A DNA stretch of 64,000 bases from Octopus sinensis (GCF_006345805.1 NC_043009.1:37200001-37264000); one strand, 5' to 3'; shown: positions 35,561 through 49,753, counted from the stretch's first letter. The notes: generated from the letters alone by a model not told the origin. Numbers and translations are program-made.

Positions 35561-35852
35561 TTTAGAAATTTCTGTCGGCTTGCTTCGCGATGCGTGCTTA
35601 TAGTGATGTATTATATAGTTATTGACGATTTAAGTCTATTTTCGGCATATTTGGCATTAGAATTTTTTTTCTTTTGTCATTGTTTATAAGTTGTTTATAA
35701 ATTTAACCTTTAAAGATCCTTTTTTTAATATGCTAGCCATTGATAAAATTTTCATAAATTGTTTTATATACAGCACACAGCTTGACATAAAAACAAACAT
35801 TAATACGTGTGTATTTATCCACCTGTATCAATATGTATATATATATATATAG

Positions 35853-35889
<37 letters not shown>

Positions 35890-36619
35890 CGTGTGTGTAT
35901 GTATGTGTGTGTATGTGTGTGTGTATGTGTGTGTATGTATGTATGTATGTATGTTTGTATGTATGTTTGTATGTATGTAAAGAAAAACACACACACACAT
36001 GTATTTAATATACATATATGTATTTATGTGTATATATATAGAGAGAGAGAGTGGGAGAGGGAGATAGATAGATATACACTGGTATATGTGTTATGCATAT
36101 TTACATAAGTGTGTGCACGTATGCATGCATATATACATGTAAATATTTATATCTATATAACTATATATAGTACAACGAGGGCAGTCAGGCGGAAACTTCG
36201 ACGTCACTTTCAACCTTCTGCTATAAAGTTAAATACACATGTAATGTAGTAAAAATGTAATTTTTCACTTTGATGATAAATTGTTTTATATACAGCACAC
36301 AGCTTGACATAAAAAACAAACATTAATACGTGTGTATTTATCCACCTGTATCAATACGTATATACATATATATATAGCTATATGTTTTTTGTGTTTTTGT
36401 TTTCACGATTCTTGTGAAACTATTGAAACAGATATCGATGTATTTTGGCGAAGGATTCTGTCATGATTTTAGTTCCTTGCTTTTTACTAAGTAATACATT
36501 AATTTGTCATTGTCACCCACATCGATTCTGTAGCTTTTTTAATCTATTCACTGAGAATGTTTGTCTCCTGCTATATTATTGATAATGGCGGTGGTGGTGA
36601 TTGTGGTGTTGACTCTATG

Positions 36620-37099
<480 letters not shown>

Positions 37100-37802
37100 T
37101 GTCATGATAGGGGAGAGTTCATTTGTATGTTGTGTATGCCTTATATTTTAGGCTTTTTATTGTTCTGTCAGCTCCAATAGGCTCTATATATATAGTGGTG
37201 ATAGCCATTAGTATAGATGCATTGACACAGGAATGGAAATAAGATATATCAAATCTACACATAAATGAATAGATGCTCACCACCATAAAGATACACCATC
37301 TCTGCAATCATACGCATCACACAAGAACATGACCACCACTGCCGCTAACATTTATCATCATTACAACTTTTAATACCGCCATCACCACCATCACCACCAC
37401 CATTACCATCATGGTCATTAGGACCACCACCACCACCACTAACTCCATCCACATACATGTCCCCCACCACCACCACCACAATATATCAAGTCCAGTCCAA
37501 ACACTAGAATAAGCAATCACAGAGAGCTCATTGAGAAGGCTACAGATGCGTGGTGAAAGATTTTGAGAAATGAATAATTAAAGGAATGTAAAACATACAC
37601 ACACACATACACACATACCCATACACAAACACACACACACACACACACACACACCACACACACACACACACACACACGCACACACACACACACACATATA
37701 TATATAACGGGAAGCTTTATGAAAATAAACAAAAGACGAAGGCAGGTGGAGTACAAACAAACAATTGTATTAGTATGGTGCTCAGGAATATAAATAAAAC
37801 AA

Positions 37803-37841
37803 GTCTTTTACGTTTCGAGCCTACGCTCTTTAACAGAAAGA
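37803..37841 (-). ncRNA. Degenerate minimal hammerhead-like motif
   Basis: UCUUU-CUGUUAA-A-GAGC(GUAG)GCUC-GAAAC-GUA-AAAGA; stems intact, two core substitutions. Confidence 0.5.
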
Positions 37842-37965
37842 TACACAGAAAAGAAACACGGAGAGAAACAAGGAGAGAAAAAAATGCGTGCAGAAGCTAG
37901 CGATTCAACCTATATATATATAATATATATACATATATATATATATATATTATATATATAATATA

Positions 37966-38000
<35 letters not shown>

Positions 38001-38349
38001 ATATATATATAATATATATATATGACAAGTTTCTTTACGAAATCCAACTTACAAGATGTTGGTAATAAATATTTTTCCAAGGTGTTGTTGCGTAGTAGTA
38101 TTGAACTAGGAACCATGTGGTAGCATAGCGAACTTCTTAACCAAATAACCAAACCTGTCTCCACCCGGTACAGAGTTTATGACAAGATAAGAACCACTAA
38201 CGTCTTGGCGGATTGTCTGGTACAATAGGGAATCGACCTTCCGTGAGCAATGAAAATTAGTACCAGCTAATAAAAGGGAATAGCACAGTAGTAACAGATT
38301 GCGTCACTGGTTACGCCCACATACGTCATACATAATTACAACAACAACA

Positions 38350-38380
<31 letters not shown>

Positions 38381-38444
38381 TTATTATTCACATATATATG
38401 ATAGGCATTTCATTATAAAGTCTCAGAAGTTATCGAAGACTTAC

Positions 38445-38595
38445 CCTTCTCAAAATACTGACGGACATCTTCAGCCTCATAAGCCAACCCGTTGCTATGG
38501 ACGTAAGTATATTTAGCATCAGATTTGGGAAGCGGAAACTCTCTTTCTTCTCCATTCACCGCGATTTTATCCGGACACCAGAATGGTGGATGTAT
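38445..38595 (-). CDS. DHDH: DHDH-like paralog C exon 6
   Basis: ttacag|IHPPFWCPDKIAVNGEEREFPLPKSDAKYTYVHSNGLAYEAEDVRQYFEK+G|gtaagt. Confidence 0.93.
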
Positions 38596-38624
38596 CTGTA
38601 AAAAGAAACTAGTGTCTTTTATGC

Positions 38625-38948
38625 ATTAAACGATAAACAATAAACTTCGCCCTTTTCATGCCTAGCCAGGCTCATGGGCTCAGTTTCCTGGTTTCTGTGG
38701 CGTATATGTTCCCCCCAGCTGGACGGGACGCCAGTCCATCGCAGCGTTACTAAAGAAACAGGAAGAGAGAGTGAGAGAAAGTTGTGGCGAAAGAGTACAA
38801 CAGAGGTCGCCACCACCCACTGCCGGAGCATCGTGGAGCTTTTAGGTGTTTTCGGTCAATAAACACACTCAACGCCCGGTCTAGGAATCGAAACCGCGAT
38901 CCTCCGATCGCGAGTCTGCTGCCCGAACCACTGGGCCATTGCGCCTCC
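38625..38948 (-). mobile_element. SINE type E (type A head + V-domain-like tail)
   Basis: Type A head followed by GATGGACTGGCGTCCCGTCCAG, resembling the V-SINE central domain; lies 30 bp from the DHDH-C exon 6 acceptor. Confidence 0.75.
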
Positions 38949-39169
38949 CCTTTTATGCATGAAGACAATTTTTAGTTTGTTTATTTTAATTTTCTTTAAT
39001 ATTAATGTTATAAATGTTAGATTTAGTACAATAAATTAACCATTCAATAAATTTACTAAATTTTAAGTTTAGTACAACAGATTTGAATGTCATCCACTTT
39101 ATTTCTAGATTAACAAACATTAAGTTACATTTCCAAAAATATTTATCTCTAAATCAAAGGATTACTTAC

Positions 39170-39294
39170 GTAAATTTTGCCTTCAGTTCCATAAATATAT
39201 GCATCAGTTCTTCCTGCCAACGTAGTATTAAAGGACAATGAAGCTCTGGCACCATCCTTATAAGTCAGAATGATATTGGCAGATAGATCAGTAC
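39170..39294 (-). CDS. DHDH: DHDH-like paralog C exon 5
   Basis: gaaaag|(G)TDLSANIILTYKDGARASLSFNTTLAGRTDAYIYGTEGKIY|gtaagt. Confidence 0.93.
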
Positions 39295-39419
39295 CTTTTC
39301 CAGATGAAACAAGTAAACACATTTTCTTATTGGTTATTGTCACGCACAGACTGGCGTAATGCGGTGAGCTCGAAAACACGACTACTTTTGTTGGCATTTG
39401 AACAAAAACATACGTATAT

Positions 39420-39425
39420 ACTTAC

Positions 39426-39456
<31 letters not shown>

Positions 39457-39653
39457 CATACATACATACATACATACATACATACATACATACATACATA
39501 CATACATACATACATACATACATACATACATACATACATACGTACATACATGAGGATATGGAGCTTGCAAATCCAGTACTCAAGATTCAGTTTCAACTTC
39601 ATACCTATTATTATTATTATTATTATATTATTATTATTATTATTATTATTATT

Positions 39654-39748
<95 letters not shown>

Positions 39749-39800
39749 CATTATTATTATTATATTATTATTATATTATTATTATTATTATTATTATTAC
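39420..39800 (+). repeat. (CATA)n and (TTA)n(TCA)n(TTA)n arrays
   Basis: Direct reading. Confidence 0.95.
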
Positions 39801-39849
39801 TGGAGCAACAAGATACATACCAACCCGTCTAGAGCAAAGTATGGCCGAA

Positions 39850-40760
39850 CTTGCGATCTCGGGGAGAGAATAAAAATCTTTAATTCATATGCTACAAATG
39901 ATCACGATATCTGGGACTATAAAAATCTGCAAGACCTTCTTATGATTTAAAGGGTGTATTTAAACGAAGAAATTACGAATAACGAGTACTGCACTTCTAA
40001 AAACGCGAATAAATGCCTATTTATATGCATGCAAATAGGTGACGAATTTCCTCTTAGATTAAATTATCCGTAGTTAGATCCTTTCTAAACTGAACTTTAA
40101 AATCTCTCTCAACCAAAGAAGTTCTAAATAAGGAAACCCTATGTGTAAAACTAACATTAGTAAATAGTGAGTATCCCAATAGGTTAGTAGATCAAGCCAT
40201 TGAATAATAACAAAACAAATTCAATCACACTGTTATAAGAGACAGAGGACTGAACAAAAGTCCCTATACCATGCATATCGCATGCCGCCACAAGATTTGA
40301 AGAAGCAGCTGTTTGTAGCATGTTGAACAATCTTGTAGAGATCCCCTTGTTGGCTTTTAAATAATTTTTCTTAGTGGAAGCTCTGGTTCTTTCTTCAGCT
40401 ATTTTTATTGTTGCAGAGGAATTATACTTGTTTGGAAAGAATTTTATCTGATATTGTGTATTGAAACAAATTTATGACGTTGTAAGAAATCTGCAATCTG
40501 GCTAGAGAAAATAACTCTTCGAGTATTTCATTGGAATATATTTTCTCTTGGTCATGTTGTAGATATATAATGAATGTCTTTGACACTGGTGCAAAATAAA
40601 ACAAATATCGGTGTAACGTTATCCGTAGGATTTGAATGGCTGCCATAATCCTATTGCTATGCAATTCTTTTATATAACATTCACCAAAAGTATTGTGACT
40701 TTAAGTAGATGCCAGCATGTTATCCGAAACTCTAAAGTATGTAGTTGCGTTTCATTTTTT
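39850..40760. mobile_element. Two decayed Penelope RT fragments (plus 39850-40230, minus 40270-40760)
   Basis: TLVNSEYPNRLVDQAI (+); RYLFYF...FSLAR...TISD (-); both resemble the PLE RT-thumb/linker region. Confidence 0.45.
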
Positions 40761-41052
40761 CCTATATTGACATGTATTTATTGATCAGCAATGATAAATT
40801 TGTTGAATTTGCTGCTTATTAAAGAATGTTGGGTCCTAGCATTGAAAACTCAGAAAAATGGTTTCTTGGACATTATTTATATCTTCTACTGGTTATCTTC
40901 TACTAGGTTATTTTCCTATGCCTCTAGGCACAAAAACATTAACAATTGAATAATGTGACAAAATTATAGAAAATAGAACTGTCAGTAAAATTATTAAAAT
41001 CCCTAGAATAGGTATACAAGCAACAAGAAACCTTTATTAATGACACGCTTAC

Positions 41053-41302
41053 CTGTTCCAGCAATTGTACCACAAGCAGTAATAGTTTCAGGTTTCTGTC
41101 TAAATATGAAGTTTGCAAGCCATATTGTATATACACCAATTTCCAACAGACCTCCACCACCCACGGAGCCTCGAGATATCTCTTCTTTTGAAAATATATC
41201 AACTAAGAAAGCCACATCTAAATAGCGTATCTTTCCTATGGTTCCAGAGTCGATTTCTTGCTTAATATTTTTGTAAGCCGGAAAGAAGTTGGACCACATA
41301 GC
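41053..41302 (-). CDS. DHDH: DHDH-like paralog C exon 4
   Basis: ttttag|AMWSNFFPAY...SVGGGGLLEIGVYTIW...TIAGT+G|gtaagc; 250 nt. Confidence 0.95.
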
Positions 41303-41838
41303 CTAAAATGAAAAGATTTATGTGAAAGGAGAAAAAGAGCAATAAAGCGATAAAGATAGCTCGGGATAAATAAAAACGAAGAAAAAGGAATAAAAAAAAT
41401 AAGATATAAATAAAAGCGGTAAGAAAGACATAATAAACGATATATTTATTAGTTACTTCATGTGTTATGACCTCCAATATCTTCCCTAACTTCCAGCTTA
41501 TTAAGTTTACTGCACATCCTTTCAACATACTATGCAGCATTTTTAGCGATGAAATTCCTCACTAACTATAGAATTCTATTTTAGTACACGCCACAATCAA
41601 TATCATAAAACACTCCATTCACTATTTTGAGTGCGAAAAGGGCTGGGAATTGGTAGAAATATTAAAACGTCGGGAAAATACTCTGCAAGTTTCTTCACAT
41701 TTTACTTCATCTCCCAAACGTAATTTTATTTCAGCCCAACGCACCGGTTACAGAGCCCCAATTCAGTCACATGACTGGCTTGAAACAGAAGCAAAATCGC
41801 TCACAATCACACCCTATCACCATAAAAAAGTAAGGATA

Positions 41839-42232
41839 GGCGCAGTAGTGGCTGTGTGGTAAGTAGCTTGCTTACCAACCACATGGTTCCGGGTTCAGTC
41901 CCACTGCGTGGCATCTTGGGCAAGTGTCTTCAACTATAGCCTCGGGCCAACCAAAGCCTTGTGAGTGGATTTGGTAGACGGAAACTGAAAGAAGCCCGTC
42001 GTATATATGTATGTATATATATGTTTGTGTGTCTGTGTTTGTCCCCCTGGCATTGCTTGACAACCGATGCTGGTGTGTTTACGTCCTCGTCACTTAGCGG
42101 TTCGGCAAAAAAGACCGATGGAATAAGTACTGGGCTTACAAAGAATAAGTCCTGGGGTCGATTTGCTCGACTAAAGGCGGTGCTCCAGCATGGCCGCAGT
42201 CAAATGACTGAAACAAGTAAAAGAGTAAAGAG
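41839..42232 (+). mobile_element. SINE type B, full length
   Basis: Family consensus head and tail. Confidence 0.9.
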
Positions 42233-42249
42233 TATACAATCGATAATGT

Positions 42250-42565
42250 AGTCTTAATGGTTAGGGATATTCGGTTCGCGATTGTAAGCTCGTGAGTTCG
42301 ATTCCTGGCGGGGCCTTGTGTGTATTGAGTAAGACGCCACCTTATTTCACATAGCTCCTTTCCACTTAGCTGGCAAAAATTAGTAGTACCTTTATTTCGA
42401 AGGACCAGTCTCGTTACATTCTGTGTCACGCTTAATCTCCCAAAGAACTACGTTAAGGGCACGTGTGTTTATGGAGTGCTCAACCACTCACACATAAATT
42501 CCACAAGGAGGTTGTTCTTGTGTCCGGATCAACTGGACCGGTCGTCATCGCAACCGGCAGAGTGC
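42250..42565 (+). mobile_element. SINE type D, older
   Basis: Head TAATGGTTAGGG...GAGTTCGATTCC; type A-like tail. Confidence 0.75.
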
Positions 42566-42706
42566 TAGCTATAACCATCTATAAAATATAACAGAAAAGG
42601 TCAAGGTCGGGAAGATTTTGATCATGGATCTACTCCATTAAGGCTGATGTGGGGCGAAACAACGAAACTATGTCAAAATACTTAACTTTAGTATTAAAAG
42701 ACATAC

Positions 42707-42870
42707 CTCCATGAAAAAAATTTTCTTTGACTTTGCAAGTTCGATAATGTCTTTTGTCTCCTTTGTGTTCTGACCGTAGGCTTTCTCACACAGAACAGGC
42801 TTGCCATTGTTAAGCATAATGACGGAAAGAGGATGATGGAAACGGTTGATGGAAGAAACGTACACCAAAT
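42707..42870 (-). CDS. DHDH: DHDH-like paralog C exon 3
   Basis: catag|(D)LVYVSSINRFHHPLSVIMLNNGKPVLCEKAYGQNTKETKDIIELAKSKKIFFME|gtatgt; 164 nt. Confidence 0.95.
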
Positions 42871-42945
42871 CTATGGGAAAGATGGAATAAAATTCATTTT
42901 TTCTTGCTACCAAAGCAATACATATAAGTGTGTTTGTGTGTGTGT

Positions 42946-43023
<78 letters not shown>

Positions 43024-43319
43024 CTTTCTTCCAAGGAATCTAGCGCTCTTAGCTTAGTTTTTCCTTGGGGCTGGCCAGATTGGAGCAATCTCGAGAGTAT
43101 AACCAGCCGAAATTGCAAAGATAATTTGGAACTCGACTGAGGAAAGAAATCTCCGAGTGACCCGTCCTTGTTTTCTCCCCCTTTTTGTATCACCTGTCTG
43201 GATGTATTGCGTTCTTGTCACATTTTTGTATTTTATATGTGTGTGTGTGTGTATTTATGTATGTATGTATGTATGTACATGTATATATGTATGTGAATAA
43301 TTATATACATACATATACA

Positions 43320-43370
<51 letters not shown>

Positions 43371-43840
43371 TAAAGCTATAAGGAATAGCATGCAAATATT
43401 GCATTGGAAAGCCGGTGGGTCTCGAACCTACATCATCTATAGATGGAGAGATGTTCTAAAATTGGTCCAAAGCAATCCTTACAATATCTCTATACAGTTG
43501 AGTAACTTTATTATTACCAATGCCAATTATGTTGTTGATGTCAACAATTTCATAAAGTTTTCTGAGAACAGTGATTGGAGAAGTTCATGACATACAGCTA
43601 TAAAGAATAGCAAGCAAAGATTCAGTTAAAAAAACTGTTTTGAGTAAAAAGAAATCGAAATGTTGCTTTGGTCCAATGATAGAAAATCTTTCATGTCAAC
43701 AGGAGATATGGGTTAGAGCCCCACAGGCAGTATTTGATTTTTTTATATCCAAAGAGTTTTTCACCCTAATTTTAACGTGCTATTCTTTACAGATGATGAG
43801 CTTCGAGAGCCACTATTGCAAAATTCATATGACATCAACA

Positions 43841-43928
<88 letters not shown>

Positions 43929-44841
43929 AAATTTATATACATACGAACACACAACTAAATATACATTTATATAGATTGTTAGGTAGGTAGGTGTGTGTGT
44001 GTGTCTGTGTTTGTGTTTCCATGCGTGAGTTGTTTTACTTTTCTCTCATGAAAACTCTCCCTTCTGCTACTCAACTCTAAAGAATCAGATCTTATCATTG
44101 CTCAATGAAGTCAGCTAGCACGCATTGCTTAGGAAAGCAAAACAACGATAGCTGTATGATCAATGTAGCAGTTAGATCAGTAGTTATGTGCTTCAACATT
44201 AAATTATCTGGAATTGTTCACTCAGAGGTAAACTTAAATTGATAATTTTCTAAGCTTATATTGAAGCAAATCTGTCGTGAGGTATTGTCAAAAATAGAAA
44301 CACCGACACAATAGACAAACATTGTTCATTGTCCTCAGTTATTTATTATTTGGCCATAGAGATCATATTTCAGAAAAATATAAAAATATGAACGGCTAAT
44401 AACAAAGAACACTATTTCTCAGCTGAACCATTTTACATTCAACAGGATTGTGAGTAGATATATTAATACTTTGCGAAGATCAAATATATCAAACTGGACA
44501 GTCTTTTGAAGCAAAAATAAAGCCGTTTTGTCATTATCGGCTGATTTTGCCATGGAAAGGGACCAACTGTGAAGACTGACCAGTATTATATACTCGGCAT
44601 TTCCTTTGTTGCGGAAATTGAAGAGGATATCGAAGAGGCCTCTGTGTAGTGTGCGTGTATGTATGTATGCATGTATGTATGTATATATGTATGTATGTAT
44701 GTATGCATGCATGTATGTATGTATGCATGTATGTATGTATATATGTATGTATGTATGTATGCATGTATGTATGTATGTATGTATGTATGTATGTGTGTAC
44801 GTATGTACGTATGTATGTATGTATGTATGTATGCATGTATG

Positions 44842-45217
44842 TCACTATTCAGCTTCATTTCAAGATTTCGTGTCGATAGAGAAAAAGCTGGTATCTAACC
44901 TAGACCCAAGGCTCCTTGGAATTTCAACAATATCAACAAGATATTTTTGCATGTATATGTGTATAAGTGCAGTATTTAGAGTCCGTGTATGTGCAGATTT
45001 GTATGTTTTGTTTTATGCGTGTATTCTCATGCATATAGTTGCATGTCTGGACATGCGCATATATACTTAAATGATAAACTTCTGGAAAGTTTTACAGATT
45101 TTTACAGTTCCAGTTATGACCTGGATCTGTACAATTCGAATCAACTTTCTCCTTTTGAGAAGCCTTTTTTCTCAAGATTGGTACTTAGGAAGTGCGTTAC
45201 ACATCCCGGTGCTTCAT
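44842..45217 (-). mobile_element. 5'-truncated REL LINE flanked on both sides by (CATA)n
   Basis: Homologous to 55680-55790 (GYVTHCLNTNLEKLGFSK region) plus 3' UTR; (TATG)n at 44655-44841 and 45218-45270. Confidence 0.75.
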
Positions 45218-45285
45218 ATGTATGTATGTATGTATGTATGTGTATGTATGTATGTATGTATGTATGTGCATGGATGTATGCGTGA

Positions 45286-45445
<160 letters not shown>

Positions 45446-45469
45446 TAATAATAATAATAACAATAATGG

Positions 45470-45738
45470 CTTCAAATTTTGGCAGATGGCCAGTAATTTG
45501 GAAGTCCTACCTCCGCCAAAATTTTGGGGAAGGGGCTAGTAGATTACATCTACTCCAGTGCTCTAGTGGTACTTATTTTATCGACCCCGAGGTATGAAAG
45601 GCAAAGTCGAACTCAGAGGAATTAGAACTAAGAGAGAAAAGACGGACGAACTGCTGCTAAGCATTTTCCCCGGCGTGCTAACGACTCTGCCAGTTCGCCG
45701 CCTTAGTAATAATAATAATAATAATGATGATGATAATG

Positions 45739-45796
<58 letters not shown>

Positions 45797-45985
45797 CAGC
45801 AATTTTCGCGGGTGAGAGAAGTTAATCAATACCATCGAATCAAGTATTTGGCCAGTCTTATCAATCTGGAAAGTATGAAAGGCGAAATTGATCTGCAGGA
45901 TTTGAACTCAGAACGTAAGACGCTGGAACACTTGCCGCAAGACATTTTTTACGATACGTAAACGATTCTGCTAACTCGCAGCTTT
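45470..45985 (-). mobile_element. Two tandem type C SINEs with expanded (TTA)n tails
   Basis: Copies at 45470-45703 and 45796-45985; the (TAA)/(TGA) arrays at 45286-45465 and 45705-45795 abut their 3' ends. Confidence 0.8.
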
Positions 45986-46020
45986 TATTAAATTCTAATT
46001 CTTAAAGCGTGGAAACCACT

Positions 46021-46155
46021 CCTAAACGTGTGTTTTGCTCATGGCAGCATCCTTGTAAGCTGTTTGAAGCATGACAACCGTTTCGGCTGCCGTTTTCCTC
46101 AGCAGAAAACAGAATTTCACGGAAGCACGCTGTTCCTTCGTTTCAGGCATCGCAA
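46021..46155 (-). mobile_element. mariner N-terminal fragment
   Basis: EQRASVKFCFLLRKTAAETVVMLQTAYKDAAMSKT. Confidence 0.75.
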
Positions 46156-46959
46156 AAATCGACGAACAGGGGAGAAGCACTGAAAAACGAAGACGCACTA
46201 CGTGGCAGTACGAACGCACAGGACGACGCCGGTCGGCAGACTGATGCTGAGGGTCGCCTCAAGTGGCTTCTAGCGGCGGAAGCCTGAACTACAACGGGCT
46301 TGTCCCACAGAGAACGTTTCCGGTTACTTTTGGGTACTTCCTCGTATACCCAAGTATTGATTTCTATTTCTCCTTTTCTGTTTGTTCCACCAGATTTGCG
46401 TTTGTGTGTGTGTGTGAGAGAGATCGCGTGTGTATTTTCTTCATGTGTGTGTCTATGTAAATGTATATATATGTCTGTATGTATATTTATGTGTGTGTAT
46501 TTATCTGTATATGTATGTTGGCACATTTTGACCTCATCTGTACACCTGCTTCCATTCATAAGTGTTTTTTCCATATTCCTATTCATCCATTTTTCATTTT
46601 ATTCATCAATTTTATCTCGTTTTATTTCTCTGATTTGACTTACATACCGCCACCCTTGCGGCTGTAACAAAATTTCGCTATATCTGTGTGTGGGGGGATG
46701 CATTCGTGTGTGCGTACGTGTGTCTCTATGCGACTGTATGAATGTGTGTGCGTGAGTGTGTCCGTTCACGTACTTAAGATAGTTCTGTCGTCAGGTGTAA
46801 CTTTTATCAGCAAACCTTCCACCACCGCCACGATTACTCTCACTCGAAACACTTCTTTTACCACCACCAGCCTTCACACCTTCGCCTTCACCCTAGCAAC
46901 ACCAACACGTTCACTCTCACTTCCGTCACTGCCATCACTGTCTAATATATCGCCATCAA

Positions 46960-47540
46960 TTTCGTTGATTTTCTTGCATTTCATTCAAACAAATATCTTG
47001 AAGATATGTTCGAACTTATTACCGACGTGAATCTAACAACCTGCTGACACAGATAGTTACCAACTTATCAGTAATGCTGTTAAAATAAAGTACATGCTCT
47101 TGTCACTCAATGTAGCCATCACGATCCCCTCCATAGATGAAAATGTGTCTATCCTGCGAGAGATTTTATCCACGAAGAATACATTTGGGAAATTCTCATG
47201 GAGAACAATCTTAAGGAAGACACACAAAAAGGAAGAACTTATAGTAATGTCAATGACCACCTCAAATCTGCAATATTCGATTTAGCAGCTTCCTGGAAGG
47301 CACTCAAGACTGTCACTCAAGCTAAAAACTTTCCGTATGATTTTGATGGATCTGAGACAAAGGATTTTCATCGTATGTTTCAGAGTGAAGGTGAAACAGG
47401 TATTACATACGATGGCGTTAGAATCTGGATTGAAGTCGCAGAGGGTGGCACAGGATACCAAGCGTTAACAGGAGAAATAGCGGAAGAAGTTCTCGTTGGT
47501 GACAGCAGAGCTGATGAGGATGATGACGAAAACAAAATAT
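46960..47540 (+). mobile_element. Tigger/Jerky-like (pogo) transposase C-terminal remnant
   Basis: LKSAIFDLAASW, DFDGSETKDFH, GYQALT.EIAEEV and acidic tail DEDDDE. Confidence 0.55.
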
Positions 47541-47815
47541 TGTTCAAGAAATATACACAGGCATGGTTGTGTGGTTAAGATATTCGCTTTGCAACTGCCT
47601 AGATTCGGGTTCAGTACCACTGCGCGGCATCATTGGCAAGTGTCTTCTATTATATCATCAGATTGACAAATGGCTTATGAGTGAATTTCGTAGACGGAAA
47701 CTGTCCATATGCAAAATGGTCCAACTTACATAGAATAGAAATGATATCGAGAATTAAAAGGGTTTAAGAAAAGTATTACAAACCCAACAGTTGTTTCTGG
47801 GGGCTCGGTGGTCCA

Positions 47816-48880
47816 AAATCATCATCATCATTGTTCGACGGTGGTCGAGACAATGGAATTTACTATGCTACGCCAGACTTCACGGTCCATCATGGCATTA
47901 CGGAGGTCCTGTTGCTGGATGCCTGTATCTCTGGAGATTACATCAGGGTAGGAGAGTGTGCGCCCTCTGGCATTGCGAGTAGATGGCTTCCAGAGGAGGA
48001 GAGTAGAAATTACCTCTTTTTCAGCTCTACAACAATGTCCAGCAAACTGGACTCTCCTACCTTTCACAAGAGATGACACAGGTGGTAGTTTCTCATATAT
48101 TTGCATTTTGGTTGGATGGCGCCTCCACGAGAGAATTTGAGCTCTCATAAGGAGGCGAGTGTAGGTTCAATCCAACCGCCTCTCAAGCTTCTTTGATAAC
48201 GTCCAGGTTTCTGAGCCATATAGTAGAATTGGTTCGACTGTGGCTTTGAAGATTTCAAGTTTGAAGTCTCTACTTAGATTTGATGACCAGATCTTATGCA
48301 TGTCATTACAGGCTGACCAGGCCATACCCTTTCTAGTTAGAAAGTCTTTTCCAGATGATGATATGTATGACCCAAGATATTTGTAATCAGAAACCATATT
48401 TAAGGGCGCATTGTTGAGAGTATGGATGATGCAATCACTGTTGGACAGGCACTTGTTTATATATTCAGTCTTGGCCTCATTGAGGTAAAGACCTACACAA
48501 TTTGAGGCTTGTTCGAGAGATTGTAAAAGTGACTGGGCATTGGAGAGAGAATCACTGATAAGAGCGATGTCGTCAGCAAAGTCAGTGTCTGCCAAGTATT
48601 CAGCTAGGTGTCTGGAACTTCTTCTTGGTTTTATTTCAAAGGCCTTGCCAGAGATGGTATCAACTGACATACGTAGCACATAGTCAACGACAATGATGAA
48701 AAGAAATGGGGCGAGTGTGTCTCCCTGCAGTATTCCGGCTTTGATTGAGAAAGATGATGTTTCTCCGTCAGGGGTTAAGATGGTTGAAGACGTATCTGTG
48801 TAGAGGACCTTGATGGCAGAAATGATTTTGTCTGGTATCCCATAGAGCTTAAGGATTTCAAACATCTTGTACCTATCTAT
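47816..48880 (-). mobile_element. 5'-truncated RTE-clade LINE
   Basis: RT motifs GILQGDTLAPFLF, FADDIAL, YKYLGS, LLYGSETW; (TGA)n tail after the stop; one frameshift. Confidence 0.9.
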
Positions 48881-49702
48881 CCAAAATAATGCTTGTAGAT
48901 TGATTCCATCGTCGGATGAGACGAGCCTCCGTCTTCAGGGACAGATCTAACGTTTGAGGTGTTGAAAGAAATAAGTTCAACACAAATGTATATGTGTATG
49001 TCGCCATTTTAAAATGTATATCTTACTGTTTCTCTACCAGTTGAGAATTGTAACAGTTATTAGCACTGACTTTAGCAGTTAGAACTAATTCCTGGTCATA
49101 TTCACGACGGTCAACATTATTTGTTGCATTCAGGCAAAACTGAGCGTTTTTGTCATCATTACACGCCTGACAAACATCGATTCAGTGGCAACAGATCATT
49201 TTCTGTCGGATACCAAACAGTCGATGACGATTAGGTAAAGCAATGAAACGAACTCATCATAAGCAAGGTTTTATCTTATGTTTTATTCCATATTTGCTTG
49301 TACGGTATATCTTAAGACGGAGCAGTCCTAGCCTGAATTTATTCTTATTAATTCTTACTTGGGCTCTGAACAATACCTCATTCAAAATCATGTCGTGTGC
49401 GTAAAAACAGCCAAACGTGCGCGCGGACACGTACATGAGAGAATGAAAGTTCTTGGTAGTGTACAGTAAAATGCATTGATACTGATGGAAACAACAGTCA
49501 CAAATAATGGCGATGTCTTTTCTTTATATACAAATATAAAGCGTCTTCATTTTTCTAACAATGATCCAATACTCTTTACTACTTTTTCTTCACGACCAAA
49601 ACTATTCGGTTCCTAATACACCCACGCACACACACACGCGCGCGCGCGCGCATGCATATATACATACTACATACATATGTGCATGAACACACACAAATAT
49701 AT

Positions 49703-49753
<51 letters not shown>

